DNA of 64,000 nt, from positions 2,552 to 66,551 of IMG/VR virus record IMGVR_UViG_3300046558_000178. One strand, 5' to 3'. A program made the translations under genes and the position numbers. Shown in pieces: positions 1-8,851 of the stretch (position 1 is the stretch's first letter; the number at the start of each line of letters is the position of its first letter). This DNA is from a virus. The notes beneath the pieces were generated by a model. It saw nothing but the letters and a program-made list of their open reading frames with translations, had not been told where the DNA came from and ran no database searches.

Positions 1-60
1 GCTTGTCCATGTCTTCAGTGGTAACGCTCATAGTTTCTTTCGCGCCCTGTGGGCGAACGG

Positions 61-261
61 TTAGGCCGGCTCGGCGCCGACAACTTGGCCGGCGACTCGG
101 GCGGTCGCTTTCAATTCCGCCAGAATCATTTCGGCATGCTCGTGCGACAGCGCATAGATGTAGGTGGAGAATTTCCCATCCGCCGTATCGAATTCGAGAT
201 CAAATAGCAGCCATTTCCGGCCGCTGACGTGCGCAGTGAATTTCTGTGGGATGAAGTCCAT
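61..261 (-). CDS. Small hypothetical phage protein
   Basis: 66-aa ORF in the leftward operon, RBS-like AGAGAGG upstream. Confidence 0.65.
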   Translation of the reverse strand: MDFIPQKFTAHVSGRKWLLFDLEFDTADGKFSTYIYALSHEHAEMILAELKATARVAGQVVGAEPA

Positions 262-289
262 CGTGTGCCTCTCTGCCTTGGACGAATGA

Positions 290-658
290 TTAAAGGACGG
301 ACTTGCCGCGCACGTCCACGACGCCGACCTTATCTTTCAACCGGTCGACCTTTCCGCGCAGGCTCTTTTCTTCCTTCTTCAAAGCCGTCACGCGATCCTG
401 CATGTCGCTCAGATCCCGTTTGACGCTGGCATAGTCCTGCCAGGCCCGCTGCAGCGTCTGCGCCTGGTGGAGCAGGAAGTTGAACGGGTCAAATGCCTGA
501 TCGCATCGGGCGCAGTGAATCGTTCGCTCGTGCGCGTCGATGCGCAGCTGCTCGTGGTTGCAGAAATATGGCTTCCCGGCTGGCGGCTTTTCGATCAGCA
601 GCGTTTGCTCTGGCAGATCAGCAGGTTTGAAGGCGTGGATCACGTTGTCGTCGCTCAT
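290..658 (-). CDS. Hypothetical protein with Cys/His zinc motif and coiled coil
   Basis: CNH...CARC then heptad-rich C-terminus; GAGG RBS. Confidence 0.7.
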   Translation of the reverse strand: MSDDNVIHAFKPADLPEQTLLIEKPPAGKPYFCNHEQLRIDAHERTIHCARCDQAFDPFNFLLHQAQTLQRAWQDYASVKRDLSDMQDRVTALKKEEKSLRGKVDRLKDKVGVVDVRGKSVL

Positions 659-660
659 GG

Positions 661-864
661 CTATTCCTCATCCCTGATGATCGGCATCCGGCGCAGCCCA
701 CCGTTGACGGCCTCACCGTGAAGGATGCCGCTGCAATCCGCGTATGCGCGCTCGCCGTTCACCCGGGCCGTTTGCATACGGCGTTTCGGGCATTCGGGAT
801 GCGAGCAGCCGTCGAAGTGACGTTCGCCGCGCTGGCAGGTGTCGCACTTTTCGCGCTTAGCCAT
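661..864 (-). CDS. Small Cys-rich hypothetical protein
   Basis: Start MAKREKCDTC with GGAGG RBS; CxxC...CxxxxC. Confidence 0.6.
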   Translation of the reverse strand: MAKREKCDTCQRGERHFDGCSHPECPKRRMQTARVNGERAYADCSGILHGEAVNGGLRRMPIIRDEE

Positions 865-1324
865 GGTCAGCCTCCACGATATTGGAGACGACCCAAGTGC
901 GCACAATTTCAAATCGGCGCTCGGCGGCGTTTTTCACTTCGACGCGTTTCCATTCGTTCGGATATGGCTCACCAGTGCGCACCCATTCGTGCTCGCCCAC
1001 CGCCTCATCATTGATCCACATGATTTCGCGTGCCAAAGCTTCGGCGATGTTGAAGTTCGCGCCCAAAGCCTCAGAGTCGTAGGTGTCAATGCTTGCCAGG
1101 TTCAGCCCTTTGGCGTGGCCGACAACACCAAGCGCACAGAACTCGCCATCAGATTCCAGTTCGCCAGCAACTAGGCGCTTTCCCGGCATAGCGTCGAGCG
1201 CAGCCAGAAGTTCGCGCAACAGCGCCTGGCCGCGCTTGCCCTTGATAGCTGAATTGACGGCTCCACGGTAGCGAATAAGGCCCCACTGGTCATCGCAATC
1301 ATCGCTGTATCCGCTGCGGCTCAT
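857..1324 (-). CDS. Conserved phage hypothetical protein (MSRSGYSDD family)
   Basis: MSRSGYSDD...GKRGQALLRELLAALDAMP...CALG...LAREIMWINDE; coupled to neighbours. Confidence 0.75.
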   Translation of the reverse strand: MSRSGYSDDCDDQWGLIRYRGAVNSAIKGKRGQALLRELLAALDAMPGKRLVAGELESDGEFCALGVVGHAKGLNLASIDTYDSEALGANFNIAEALAREIMWINDEAVGEHEWVRTGEPYPNEWKRVEVKNAAERRFEIVRTWVVSNIVEADHG

Positions 1325-2343
1325 TTCGTCTCCCTTGCGGCGAGGGCGACGATCTGAGCATCGATAGCCTCATCCACTGTTTCGCGGGCAAAGCGCACGC
1401 CATGGAATGCCTGCCCAACTGACAGGTAAAACGCGCAAATTCCAGGCTCGCTAATATCACGCAGCCAGCGATAGCGTTCCGCATCCAAAGACAGTGCGAA
1501 GAACTTCGCGCGCAGCCAGTCTTGCCATTCGTTATCCAAAATTGGCATGATTTCAGCAAGCTCTTCATTTACGCAAGCGCACCTTGTCTTCTCGAAAACT
1601 AAGGCGCGCTCCGCTTTTTCGGCGCGATCCATCCAATACCCACAGAGCCGATCGAATGCTTGACGTTGCTGCTCCATCGCACCATCCTGCCCTTGGCTGC
1701 TACCGGCAGCGGCGAGCGCGGCGCGCACAACATCAACGGTAGCATCAGATACCGAACCCATTATCGCGCCGTCTTTCAAGCACTTTTCAACTTGGCGCCT
1801 TTGCTCATCGTTCAGTCTGATTTGTGCGGCGCGATATACCGGGAACATATCTGCGTATTGGCCATCTGCCTTCGGTGGCTCAGTAAGAAGTGCAACTTCA
1901 TAGGTTTCGCTCATGTAGCAGAATGGCTCATCACTCAGCGTGGCCGGTGCTGGCTTGGCTTCGCTCTGCGATTTCTTCGCCAGTTCTCGCACTTTATCGC
2001 ACGCGAAATACCATACGTCGCCGTGCTTATGCATCGCAAGCTTGCCAAGGTCCATATTGCCCGGTGCGCTGTTATGTACGGCTCGCGCATATCCTTTGTC
2101 GAAAGCTTCTTCGATGGCTTCGCCCTGCTGCGCCTGGAGGGCTGCGCGGAGGTCGGTGGCCGCGTCGGCGTTGTAATCACGCTGTGCCTGCATGAAGCTG
2201 GCGATTTCTTCCACATATCGCATCAGCTTGTCCGATGAGAACGTGAAGCTATCACCTTCAGCCTCTTCTGACGTGCCGCTAACAATAGCGAACCTCCGCG
2301 CCATGCGGTGTATGAGGAACTTGTTAAAAGGGGCTGCGCTCAT
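1321..2343 (-). CDS. Mosaic early-region hypothetical protein
   Basis: ATGA-coupled; DAERYRWLR motif typical of modular phage early proteins. Confidence 0.7.
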   Translation of the reverse strand: MSAAPFNKFLIHRMARRFAIVSGTSEEAEGDSFTFSSDKLMRYVEEIASFMQAQRDYNADAATDLRAALQAQQGEAIEEAFDKGYARAVHNSAPGNMDLGKLAMHKHGDVWYFACDKVRELAKKSQSEAKPAPATLSDEPFCYMSETYEVALLTEPPKADGQYADMFPVYRAAQIRLNDEQRRQVEKCLKDGAIMGSVSDATVDVVRAALAAAGSSQGQDGAMEQQRQAFDRLCGYWMDRAEKAERALVFEKTRCACVNEELAEIMPILDNEWQDWLRAKFFALSLDAERYRWLRDISEPGICAFYLSVGQAFHGVRFARETVDEAIDAQIVALAARETK

Positions 2344-3881
2344 GGCTGTCCTTCCGGTGCTGCACCAGCATAAAGGTTCACGCCGTTGCGGATTTCTTCG
2401 GACGGCGGCGCATACCATTTGATGCCATTCAGAGCGCTTTCATCGGTGATGGCAACAGTTGGGGCGGCAACTGGTGCAGGCTGGCTTACAGATTTGCGGG
2501 AACGGATTTCTTCCGCAATGGCGCATCCATCAGGGTTTCCAGTGTCCCAACCATCGGCAATTTCTGCCGCGGTCTCTAGGGCATCGTTGTAGGCTTCTGC
2601 CGAAGACACGGCAGGCTGGCGCAGGGCCATGCAGGCACTTGATGGAAACTGTGCCGCAAGATGCTGCCATTGTGCATAGAATTCTTGCCCCATGCCTCGG
2701 CAAGTGGTGGCATCATAAAAATTCCCGGTGCGGAAATAGACATTTTTCGGCAGCACTGGCAGTTCCTCGCCCATGGCTGGGGCCGGGGTGGCGTCACCGT
2801 AACCGCACGAATCGCAGGGCTCACTGAGCGGCGCATTGCCGTCGCTTTCCAGGCCGCTGTAGCCCGCGTGCTGCATGCCGGTATCGTTGCAGTCTTTGCA
2901 CCTTGGCGCTTCCGCCTTCGCTGGCTGTGCTGCGATGGATGCGCGCGCCGCTTGCCAAGTCTTCCACGAGAGCAGAGTATCCAAATTGACAGGCTCTCCG
3001 TCGTGCATTGGAATATAGCTGGTATATTTGTCCTCGTACCAAGCGCGCCATTCCGCCCGCTCATCCGGCGCTGCGCACTGTGCCTTAACAGCAGGTTGCG
3101 GCGCGGTAGAGCGATCACCAGTCGTGAAGGAACGCAAGCGTTTCAGGACTTCCGGCGCGTCTTTCTTCCGGCTGATCGCATAGCAAGCGGCGCCCAGCAA
3201 TCCACGAGGGACCACTATCGGGTCTTCGATATCTTGCGATTCCACCTTTACCGGTAGGCTAGTGCGTACGGAATTTTCGGCTTTTTCTGCGCGATCCATC
3301 CAATACCAACAGAGCCGTTCGGACGCTCCAACAGCGGCGGCAATCGCGGCGCGGGCGAACTTGCGGAAACCTTCGCTGGGGCGCGTGCCGGGCAAGCCGT
3401 GAACCATCAGCGCATCGATTTGCGCATCCGTCAGCGCGGGCTGTGCCTGCGGGGTGTCAAGATTTTCGAGCGCGGCGCGGCTTTGGCTTATCCATGCCGC
3501 ATACAGCGAGTCGAGATCATCGCCCTCTGCAGTGCAGAACGAGGACATGCTGTCTGGATCGTTGCCACACCGCTGGATTGCTTCGTCGTACGCGATGGCG
3601 GCGCGGGCGGCGCTGCGCAGTCCGACCAGTTCGGCCTCTTGTTGCTCCACCAGGGCGACCAGCTCGGAAATGGCGGCGGGATTGGCGGCGGCGATAAAAT
3701 CGCGATTCGCTTCGCTGACCGTGATTGTGCAGCAGCCATCGCGGAGAATTGCGCCATGCAGGACATCGCCATCGCCGCCGCGTGCGCTGCTCAGGCGCAG
3801 ATAGCTGTTGCTTGTCCACCACGCCCACTTGCCCGGCGTTGCCGCCTGCGCCAATTCCTTCAGTTTGTCGCGTTCCATCAT
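2340..3881 (-). CDS. Ead/Ea22-like mosaic early protein
   Basis: N-terminal LKELAQAATPGKW...NRDFIAAANPAAISELV motif; Ala/Pro linkers between modules. Confidence 0.75.
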   Translation of the reverse strand: MMERDKLKELAQAATPGKWAWWTSNSYLRLSSARGGDGDVLHGAILRDGCCTITVSEANRDFIAAANPAAISELVALVEQQEAELVGLRSAARAAIAYDEAIQRCGNDPDSMSSFCTAEGDDLDSLYAAWISQSRAALENLDTPQAQPALTDAQIDALMVHGLPGTRPSEGFRKFARAAIAAAVGASERLCWYWMDRAEKAENSVRTSLPVKVESQDIEDPIVVPRGLLGAACYAISRKKDAPEVLKRLRSFTTGDRSTAPQPAVKAQCAAPDERAEWRAWYEDKYTSYIPMHDGEPVNLDTLLSWKTWQAARASIAAQPAKAEAPRCKDCNDTGMQHAGYSGLESDGNAPLSEPCDSCGYGDATPAPAMGEELPVLPKNVYFRTGNFYDATTCRGMGQEFYAQWQHLAAQFPSSACMALRQPAVSSAEAYNDALETAAEIADGWDTGNPDGCAIAEEIRSRKSVSQPAPVAAPTVAITDESALNGIKWYAPPSEEIRNGVNLYAGAAPEGQP

Positions 3882-4024
3882 GCCGCACTCCATTCCGAAT
3901 ATGCTCTGACCATGGCGCCGGAATACAAGGCCACCATCACGATCAGCAGGATGATCAGGCCCCAGTTCGGGCCGGTTTGCGGTTTGTTTTCCATTGCAGG
4001 CCTTTCGGTTGATGTTGGGTTCAT
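3878..4024 (-). CDS. 48-aa single-TM protein (not in ORF track)
   Basis: MNPTSTERP...WGLIILLIVMVALYSGAM; ATGA overlaps on both sides. Confidence 0.55.
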   Translation of the reverse strand: MNPTSTERPAMENKPQTGPNWGLIILLIVMVALYSGAMVRAYSEWSAA

Positions 4025-4272
4025 GTGACCTCCTTTGCGGCTGCCCGCCTAACCCTGTCCCACGTTTTCTGGTTCATCAGCAGCACGGCGCCGCCGTTCA
4101 GACTGATGACTTGGCCGTCGGGAACGGTCTCCCAGTAGCCGAAGAAATCAGCCATCCACGCATTTGTCTTAGCGACCAGTTCAGGGTCTTGTATCCGCGC
4201 AAACTCAGGGCTGCACTGCATGCGTGGGCGCGCGGGCGAGATCTGGACCTTTGCCCCGAAGATTGAGGTCAT
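4021..4272 (-). CDS. Hypothetical phage protein
   Basis: 83-aa ORF coupled to neighbours. Confidence 0.65.
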   Translation of the reverse strand: MTSIFGAKVQISPARPRMQCSPEFARIQDPELVAKTNAWMADFFGYWETVPDGQVISLNGGAVLLMNQKTWDRVRRAAAKEVT

Positions 4273-4682
4273 GCTGCCCTCCGCTTCGGCGCCGCCGGCA
4301 GGTCCATCCAGGCCACAACCAGCGCCGATTCGATTGGCGTTGCATCGGCGTATCGCCAGACATCACCGTCACGGACGCCGGGCCACACTTCCTCATCCGA
4401 GAGCGCGAGCAGCACCAGGATATCGTCGTCCGGGAGGCGGTCGGCGACAGATGTCCAGCCGGTGGGCACCGAGCTGCGCAAGTCAGCGGTGGTGCCAATG
4501 CCGTCCAGCGCTTCGATTTCTTCCGTGGTCATGCCTATGCAGGCATTCCAGCACGCGGCTAGGCGTCGGGCGTCATCCCTCCTCATGCTAGCGGCGACAA
4601 TCATGCCCTTTGCACTGTTGATGTCGCAAGAATACTGCCAGACGGTCACATGCAGCCGCCCCTGGGTGTGCTGGCCGCTCAT
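4269..4682 (-). CDS. DUF551-like protein
   Basis: DARRLAACWNAC; WTSVADRLP...VVAWMDLPAAP motif; ATG overlaps rdgC stop. Confidence 0.7.
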   Translation of the reverse strand: MSGQHTQGRLHVTVWQYSCDINSAKGMIVAASMRRDDARRLAACWNACIGMTTEEIEALDGIGTTADLRSSVPTGWTSVADRLPDDDILVLLALSDEEVWPGVRDGDVWRYADATPIESALVVAWMDLPAAPKRRAA

Positions 4683-5947
4683 GATGCCGCTCCCGGCGCC
4701 GCCGCCATGTTGCGCACGCCCTTGGTCATCGCCGGCGCAGCGCTGTCCTCGCTTGCTTCTTCCATGTTGACGTAGGCGGCCAGCAGATGCATCTGGCGGT
4801 TGGTGTCGTATGTTGCCGTGCACAAGCTTGTTAAGGCACCCAGGTCGCTTACGCCGAGCTTGGCTGCTTCTGACTTGATCTCAGCACCCAGTTCGGCCAT
4901 GCGGCCAGCGAATTTATCGCCGAGGAGCGTCTGGGCGGCCGTATGCGCCTCGTACATCTTGGCTGCCACTTCCACCGTCCGGCGCGCTTTGCCGACGGTG
5001 CCGCCCAGTGCCAGCACCGTTTCGCCGCGTGTTGCGGGCGCAGGCTTCGCAACCGGTGCCGCGCCGTCCACCTCGCCACCCATCGCCTGCACCACATCAG
5101 CCAGCATCTTCGCCAGCTCGCCGGTCATCAGCGCAAAGTCGCCGTCGAAGCGCTCGTCGTCGTTGCGGGCGCTCTTGTTTTCCGTCAGCACGTCCAGCGC
5201 CCTGATCGACTTGATGGCCAGCGACTCGTCCAGCACAAAGCTGATCTTCGATTCCCAGGTCATCGCCAGGCGCGTGCACTGCTTGCCGGCGGCGATGTGT
5301 CGGCGTACGTCGTCCGCTTCCAGTGTGTGGCGCACGTACTTGACCTGGGCGCGGCTTTCGCCGGTGGCGCGCATGGTCGCATCGCGGTCGACCGTGAAGC
5401 CGGCCGGGGACTCGTCTGCTTGCAGCCATTCGGTCATCACACCCACCGGTGATCGCTGCACGCGCAGGCTTTCCAGCGGCATGCGGTCGACCGCCTTCAG
5501 CAGCAGCTTGATTACTTCATCGGCCTTACCCGGGCTGGCAGCGTCTACGACCAACCAGCCGTTGATCGGGTCGATCCAGACGGCCGTAGTGCTGGCGACG
5601 GAAAACGCCTTCGGCAGCAGTTCATCTGCTACGCGCTCGCGCAGTTCCTTCATGGCCTTCTTGCCGGGCGCGAAGCCTTGCGCTTCTTCCAGCTCGGCGC
5701 CGCGGGCCTTAGCCACCTGGTTGATAACGGTGGCGGGCAGCAGCTTCTTTTCGGTCTGAAGCTGAAGCAGCCATTGGCGGTTGACTACGTGGACCAGGTC
5801 GGCGCCGCGCGGTGCGGCCCAGCCTTGGCGCAACAGTTCGTTGCTGCTGGCGGGCGTGAAGGCGTGCGGCGCCAGGGCGGCGATCATCTGCTCGGCGGAA
5901 AACGCCCAGCCGGCGGGCACGCGGTATATTTGAGCGTTTTTGAACAT
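4679..5947 (-). CDS. rdgC: Recombination-associated protein RdgC with C-terminal extension
   Basis: MFKNAQIYR...EKKLLPATVI...ELLPKAF...FDGDFALMTGEL. Confidence 0.9.
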   Translation of the reverse strand: MFKNAQIYRVPAGWAFSAEQMIAALAPHAFTPASSNELLRQGWAAPRGADLVHVVNRQWLLQLQTEKKLLPATVINQVAKARGAELEEAQGFAPGKKAMKELRERVADELLPKAFSVASTTAVWIDPINGWLVVDAASPGKADEVIKLLLKAVDRMPLESLRVQRSPVGVMTEWLQADESPAGFTVDRDATMRATGESRAQVKYVRHTLEADDVRRHIAAGKQCTRLAMTWESKISFVLDESLAIKSIRALDVLTENKSARNDDERFDGDFALMTGELAKMLADVVQAMGGEVDGAAPVAKPAPATRGETVLALGGTVGKARRTVEVAAKMYEAHTAAQTLLGDKFAGRMAELGAEIKSEAAKLGVSDLGALTSLCTATYDTNRQMHLLAAYVNMEEASEDSAAPAMTKGVRNMAAAPGAAS

Positions 5948-5966
5948 GGTGGCTCCTGTGTTGTGC

Positions 5967-6671
5967 TTAGTCGTCGTAGCCGGGGTAGGCGGTGTCGAAG
6001 TCGTCCTCCGTGGCGCCGGCCGGGAAAATCAGTTTCGTCTTCGCGGTGTACATCTGGAACAGGCGCTTCTCGAAGGAGAAGAGTGGGCCGACAAACAGCT
6101 TGTTCTCGATGTCGTTGCCGTCGATAGTCAGGGCCCAGACTTCACCGCCGTTCCGGGTGCGCAGGCGGATGGCGCAGCTGTATTTGCTCGTGGCGCGCTC
6201 TTTGTCGATGAAGATGTCGGCGTAACCATCGCTGCTATCGGAATGCTGAATGTGCAGCGTGAATTCTTGGCCGCGCAGATCATCCGCGTCGTACTGATCC
6301 ATGCGGTGCGTCACGAATTCGGCCAGCAGATTCTCGAGCGTGATCTCGGCTGGCGCCGGCGACAGCATCTCGGAGATGTCCTTATCCAGCAGTTCGGTGA
6401 ACTGCTCGGTCATTGCGGCGCCAACGCGCTTCTGGATGATCTTGCCGACCAGGTCGCGGTAGGACGGCAGGTCGATGCCGGATAGGTTCACGTCAATGAG
6501 GCTGGCGACCTTCGCCTTGATGGCCTTGTTGAAGTCGCTGCTGTAGGTGAACTGGTCGGCAATGGCGGAAGTGACGGCCTTTGCTATGTGCGTCTCGATT
6601 GCCTGCTCGATGGTGCCGGATATAACCACGTTTTCGAATGCTGCGGCTACTGCGTTTTTCAGTGCGTCCAT
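5967..6671 (-). CDS. Hypothetical phage protein
   Basis: 234-aa ORF, AAGGA RBS, directly downstream of RT. Confidence 0.75.
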   Translation of the reverse strand: MDALKNAVAAAFENVVISGTIEQAIETHIAKAVTSAIADQFTYSSDFNKAIKAKVASLIDVNLSGIDLPSYRDLVGKIIQKRVGAAMTEQFTELLDKDISEMLSPAPAEITLENLLAEFVTHRMDQYDADDLRGQEFTLHIQHSDSSDGYADIFIDKERATSKYSCAIRLRTRNGGEVWALTIDGNDIENKLFVGPLFSFEKRLFQMYTAKTKLIFPAGATEDDFDTAYPGYDD

Positions 6672-6679
6672 GATTTTCC

Positions 6680-7975
6680 TTATTTGGTGGCAGATCTGAT
6701 GGATGGTCCGGTATGGCTGAACATTGCTTTGTAGGAGGAGAGCGCCTGGCTGCGGTCATACCCGCCGACCTCATGCTGGCGCAGGCGCTGGTGGTACCGC
6801 CGCCGGCCGTAGGCGCCGACGGAGACATGGTTTGGCCAGACGACGTAGCCGAGGAAGGGCACGCCGTCGGACACCGGTGCCAGGCGCACCTTTTTCGGAT
6901 GGATGGTCAGACCGTCGGCTGCCAGGCGCTCGACGATTGCGGCACTGATCGCCATCAGCTGCTCGCGGGATTCGCCCACGATCACCATGTCGTCCACGTA
7001 CCGGACGTAGTGGCGAACGCGCAGCACTTCCTTCACCCAATGGTCGAAATCGTTCAAGTAGACGTTTGCGAAAAGCTGGCTGCTCAAGTTTCCGATGGGC
7101 ATCCCCTTGTCCCGGGTGCGCCGATAGACGCTCGTGGCCGGGAATAAGTGATCATGCTCATCGCCCGACCGGAACGAGTCCACCAGGCTCACCAACAGCG
7201 TGCGGATGTCCTGGTCGCCGATGTAGCGCAGGACCCGCGCCTTCAAGAGAGAATGATTCACCGAATAGAAATACTTCGAAATGTCCAGCTGCAATACCCA
7301 CTTCGCATCCCGCGCGCGGGCGAAGCCGGCCACCCGGCGCACCGCAGCGTGCGTGCCGCGGCCCGGCAGGTTGCCGTATGTGTCCGCGATAAAGCGCGGC
7401 TGCCAGATTGGCAGCATGTAGTCGTAAAGCATCCAGTGGACGATTCGGTCCTTCATCGGCGCATCCACGACGTGGCGGAACTTCTTCTCGCGCACCACGA
7501 ACGTCTTGTACGGCCCGAAGGTGTACCGGCGTTCGCGCAGCTGCTGCTGGATGCTGGCAAGGTAGCGGAGTGGATCGTCGCCGAAGCGCTGCACGCGCGG
7601 GCTCTTGGACTTGTTTTTCCTGGCTTTCAGCCAGCAGCCGAACAGGCTGGACAGGTCGGTCATGCGGTGGAACTGTGCTGGCGCTGGGCCGCTTTCCGCT
7701 GCGGCACTCGGAAGCCCCGCAGCGGTCTTCGGTTTGGCGCTGGGCCGTGCTTTCGGGTTTATCCCAGGAGCTGATCGACCAAGAATTGGCTTTCCGTGAG
7801 CGGGCTCAGCGTCTAAGCATATAATTTTTGGGTCAGCGGAAGCCGACATTGTCGTTGGCGTTGGACGGATTCGCGTTGTTGAGCCTGAACACGCCGGCGT
7901 TGTCGCCGTCGTTCCAGTAGCCGCCGCGGATGAGCGCATTGCCGGACCTACCAGACCACCCCCTTCGTTGATCAT
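6680..7975 (-). CDS. DGR reverse transcriptase (start uncertain: 7975 or 7663)
   Basis: KARKNK, KDRIVHW, RGTHAA, LQLDISKYFYSVNH, GMPIGNLSSQLFAN (DGR-type SQ motif), YVRYVDD, FLGY; no maturase or endonuclease domain. Confidence 0.95.
   Translation of the reverse strand: MINEGGGLVGPAMRSSAAATGTTATTPACSGSTTRIRPTPTTMSASADPKIICLDAEPAHGKPILGRSAPGINPKARPSAKPKTAAGLPSAAAESGPAPAQFHRMTDLSSLFGCWLKARKNKSKSPRVQRFGDDPLRYLASIQQQLRERRYTFGPYKTFVVREKKFRHVVDAPMKDRIVHWMLYDYMLPIWQPRFIADTYGNLPGRGTHAAVRRVAGFARARDAKWVLQLDISKYFYSVNHSLLKARVLRYIGDQDIRTLLVSLVDSFRSGDEHDHLFPATSVYRRTRDKGMPIGNLSSQLFANVYLNDFDHWVKEVLRVRHYVRYVDDMVIVGESREQLMAISAAIVERLAADGLTIHPKKVRLAPVSDGVPFLGYVVWPNHVSVGAYGRRRYHQRLRQHEVGGYDRSQALSSYKAMFSHTGPSIRSATK
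7833..7949 (-). repeat. DGR template repeat (TR)
   Basis: 117 nt matching both VRs; nine AAY codons; ends TTCCGCTGACCC (IMH*-like). Confidence 0.95.
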
Positions 7976-8826
7976 GATGCTGCCTTTCCGGCGCGCAGCA
8001 GGCCGCCGACCAGGCGGCCAAGCTCAACGGCTAAGCCAGCGCGATGGTCGAACGCAAGTTTGAGCTTGCTTAGCCGTGGAGCCTGGGTCAGGTAGTGCTT
8101 GAGCAGATCGATGTCGGCCGAGATGGAGTGCAGCACCGCCCGGCGGTCCGCCGCTGTCCCGTAGGCGTAGACGTTGCCCATGACACGTGCCATGCACGCG
8201 CGCACGTTCTCGCCGAAGGTGGCGCGCAGGTCGCGTGGCATCTTGATGATGTCGTGCAGCAGCTGCGTGTCCAGGTCCTGGGCTTGTGTCTTCAGCTTAA
8301 AGCCGGCGCTGTCGGGGTTGGCCAGCATCTGTTTCGTCGCAGCCTGGTTGACCTCACCTCGGGCTCGCAGGTCTGCGATCACTTGCTGAACAATTTTGTC
8401 GGAGACTGCATTGAGCACTGAAGCATTGGCGCCGGCCTGGTCGGAAACGTAAAGCGTGTAGCCTTCGGCGCGGCTGCCGAGGTAGACCACGTACGGAATC
8501 TGGAATTCTTCCACCATGGACCACAGCCGCTTTTTGAAATTCCCGGCGGGGAAGCCCACGCGAATGTGTGGCGCGTCGCTGGTATTGACCAGTTTCAGCT
8601 GGTAGCCCTTGAGGGTATTGAGTGCGTGCGCGGTGCGATCGTAGCCGTGCAGGAAGCGGCCGACTTGCACCAGTACGAGGTGGCCGGGATGCTTCTGCTC
8701 CAGCTGGGCCGAGACGTCGGCCATCGGATCTTCCTGGCCAAGGCCGACCTCGATTCCACGATATGCGCGAATCGAGAACTGGCCCATCTCGGCCTGTGTC
8801 GGCACTTGCGATTCGGTTTTCGGCAT
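7972..8826 (-). CDS. DGR accessory protein: MutS-domain-I-like N-terminus fused to Avd-like helical bundle
   Basis: KHPGHLVLVQVGRFLHGYDRTA...VGFP resembles MutS-I; KMPRDLRATFGENVR...ELGRLVGGLLR resembles Avd; sits between target and TR. Confidence 0.8.
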   Translation of the reverse strand: MPKTESQVPTQAEMGQFSIRAYRGIEVGLGQEDPMADVSAQLEQKHPGHLVLVQVGRFLHGYDRTAHALNTLKGYQLKLVNTSDAPHIRVGFPAGNFKKRLWSMVEEFQIPYVVYLGSRAEGYTLYVSDQAGANASVLNAVSDKIVQQVIADLRARGEVNQAATKQMLANPDSAGFKLKTQAQDLDTQLLHDIIKMPRDLRATFGENVRACMARVMGNVYAYGTAADRRAVLHSISADIDLLKHYLTQAPRLSKLKLAFDHRAGLAVELGRLVGGLLRAGKAAS

Positions 8827-8851
8827 TTTCGTCCTGCCTATTCAATATTGA

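Noticed and set aside
1613-3321. 42-bp repeat as a second TR/VR pair
   Set aside because: Mismatches are not confined to adenines of one copy and both copies are mid-gene.
6680-7975. RT as group II intron, retron or Abi RT
   Set aside because: SQ motif, short length without maturase domain, and adjacent TR, VRs and Avd-like gene identify a DGR RT.
7833-8027. 64-aa ORF resembling the target C-termini as a third target gene
   Set aside because: It is the TR read in the VR frame (Asn-rich, ends at TGA), overlaps the accessory gene and lacks the downstream hairpin.
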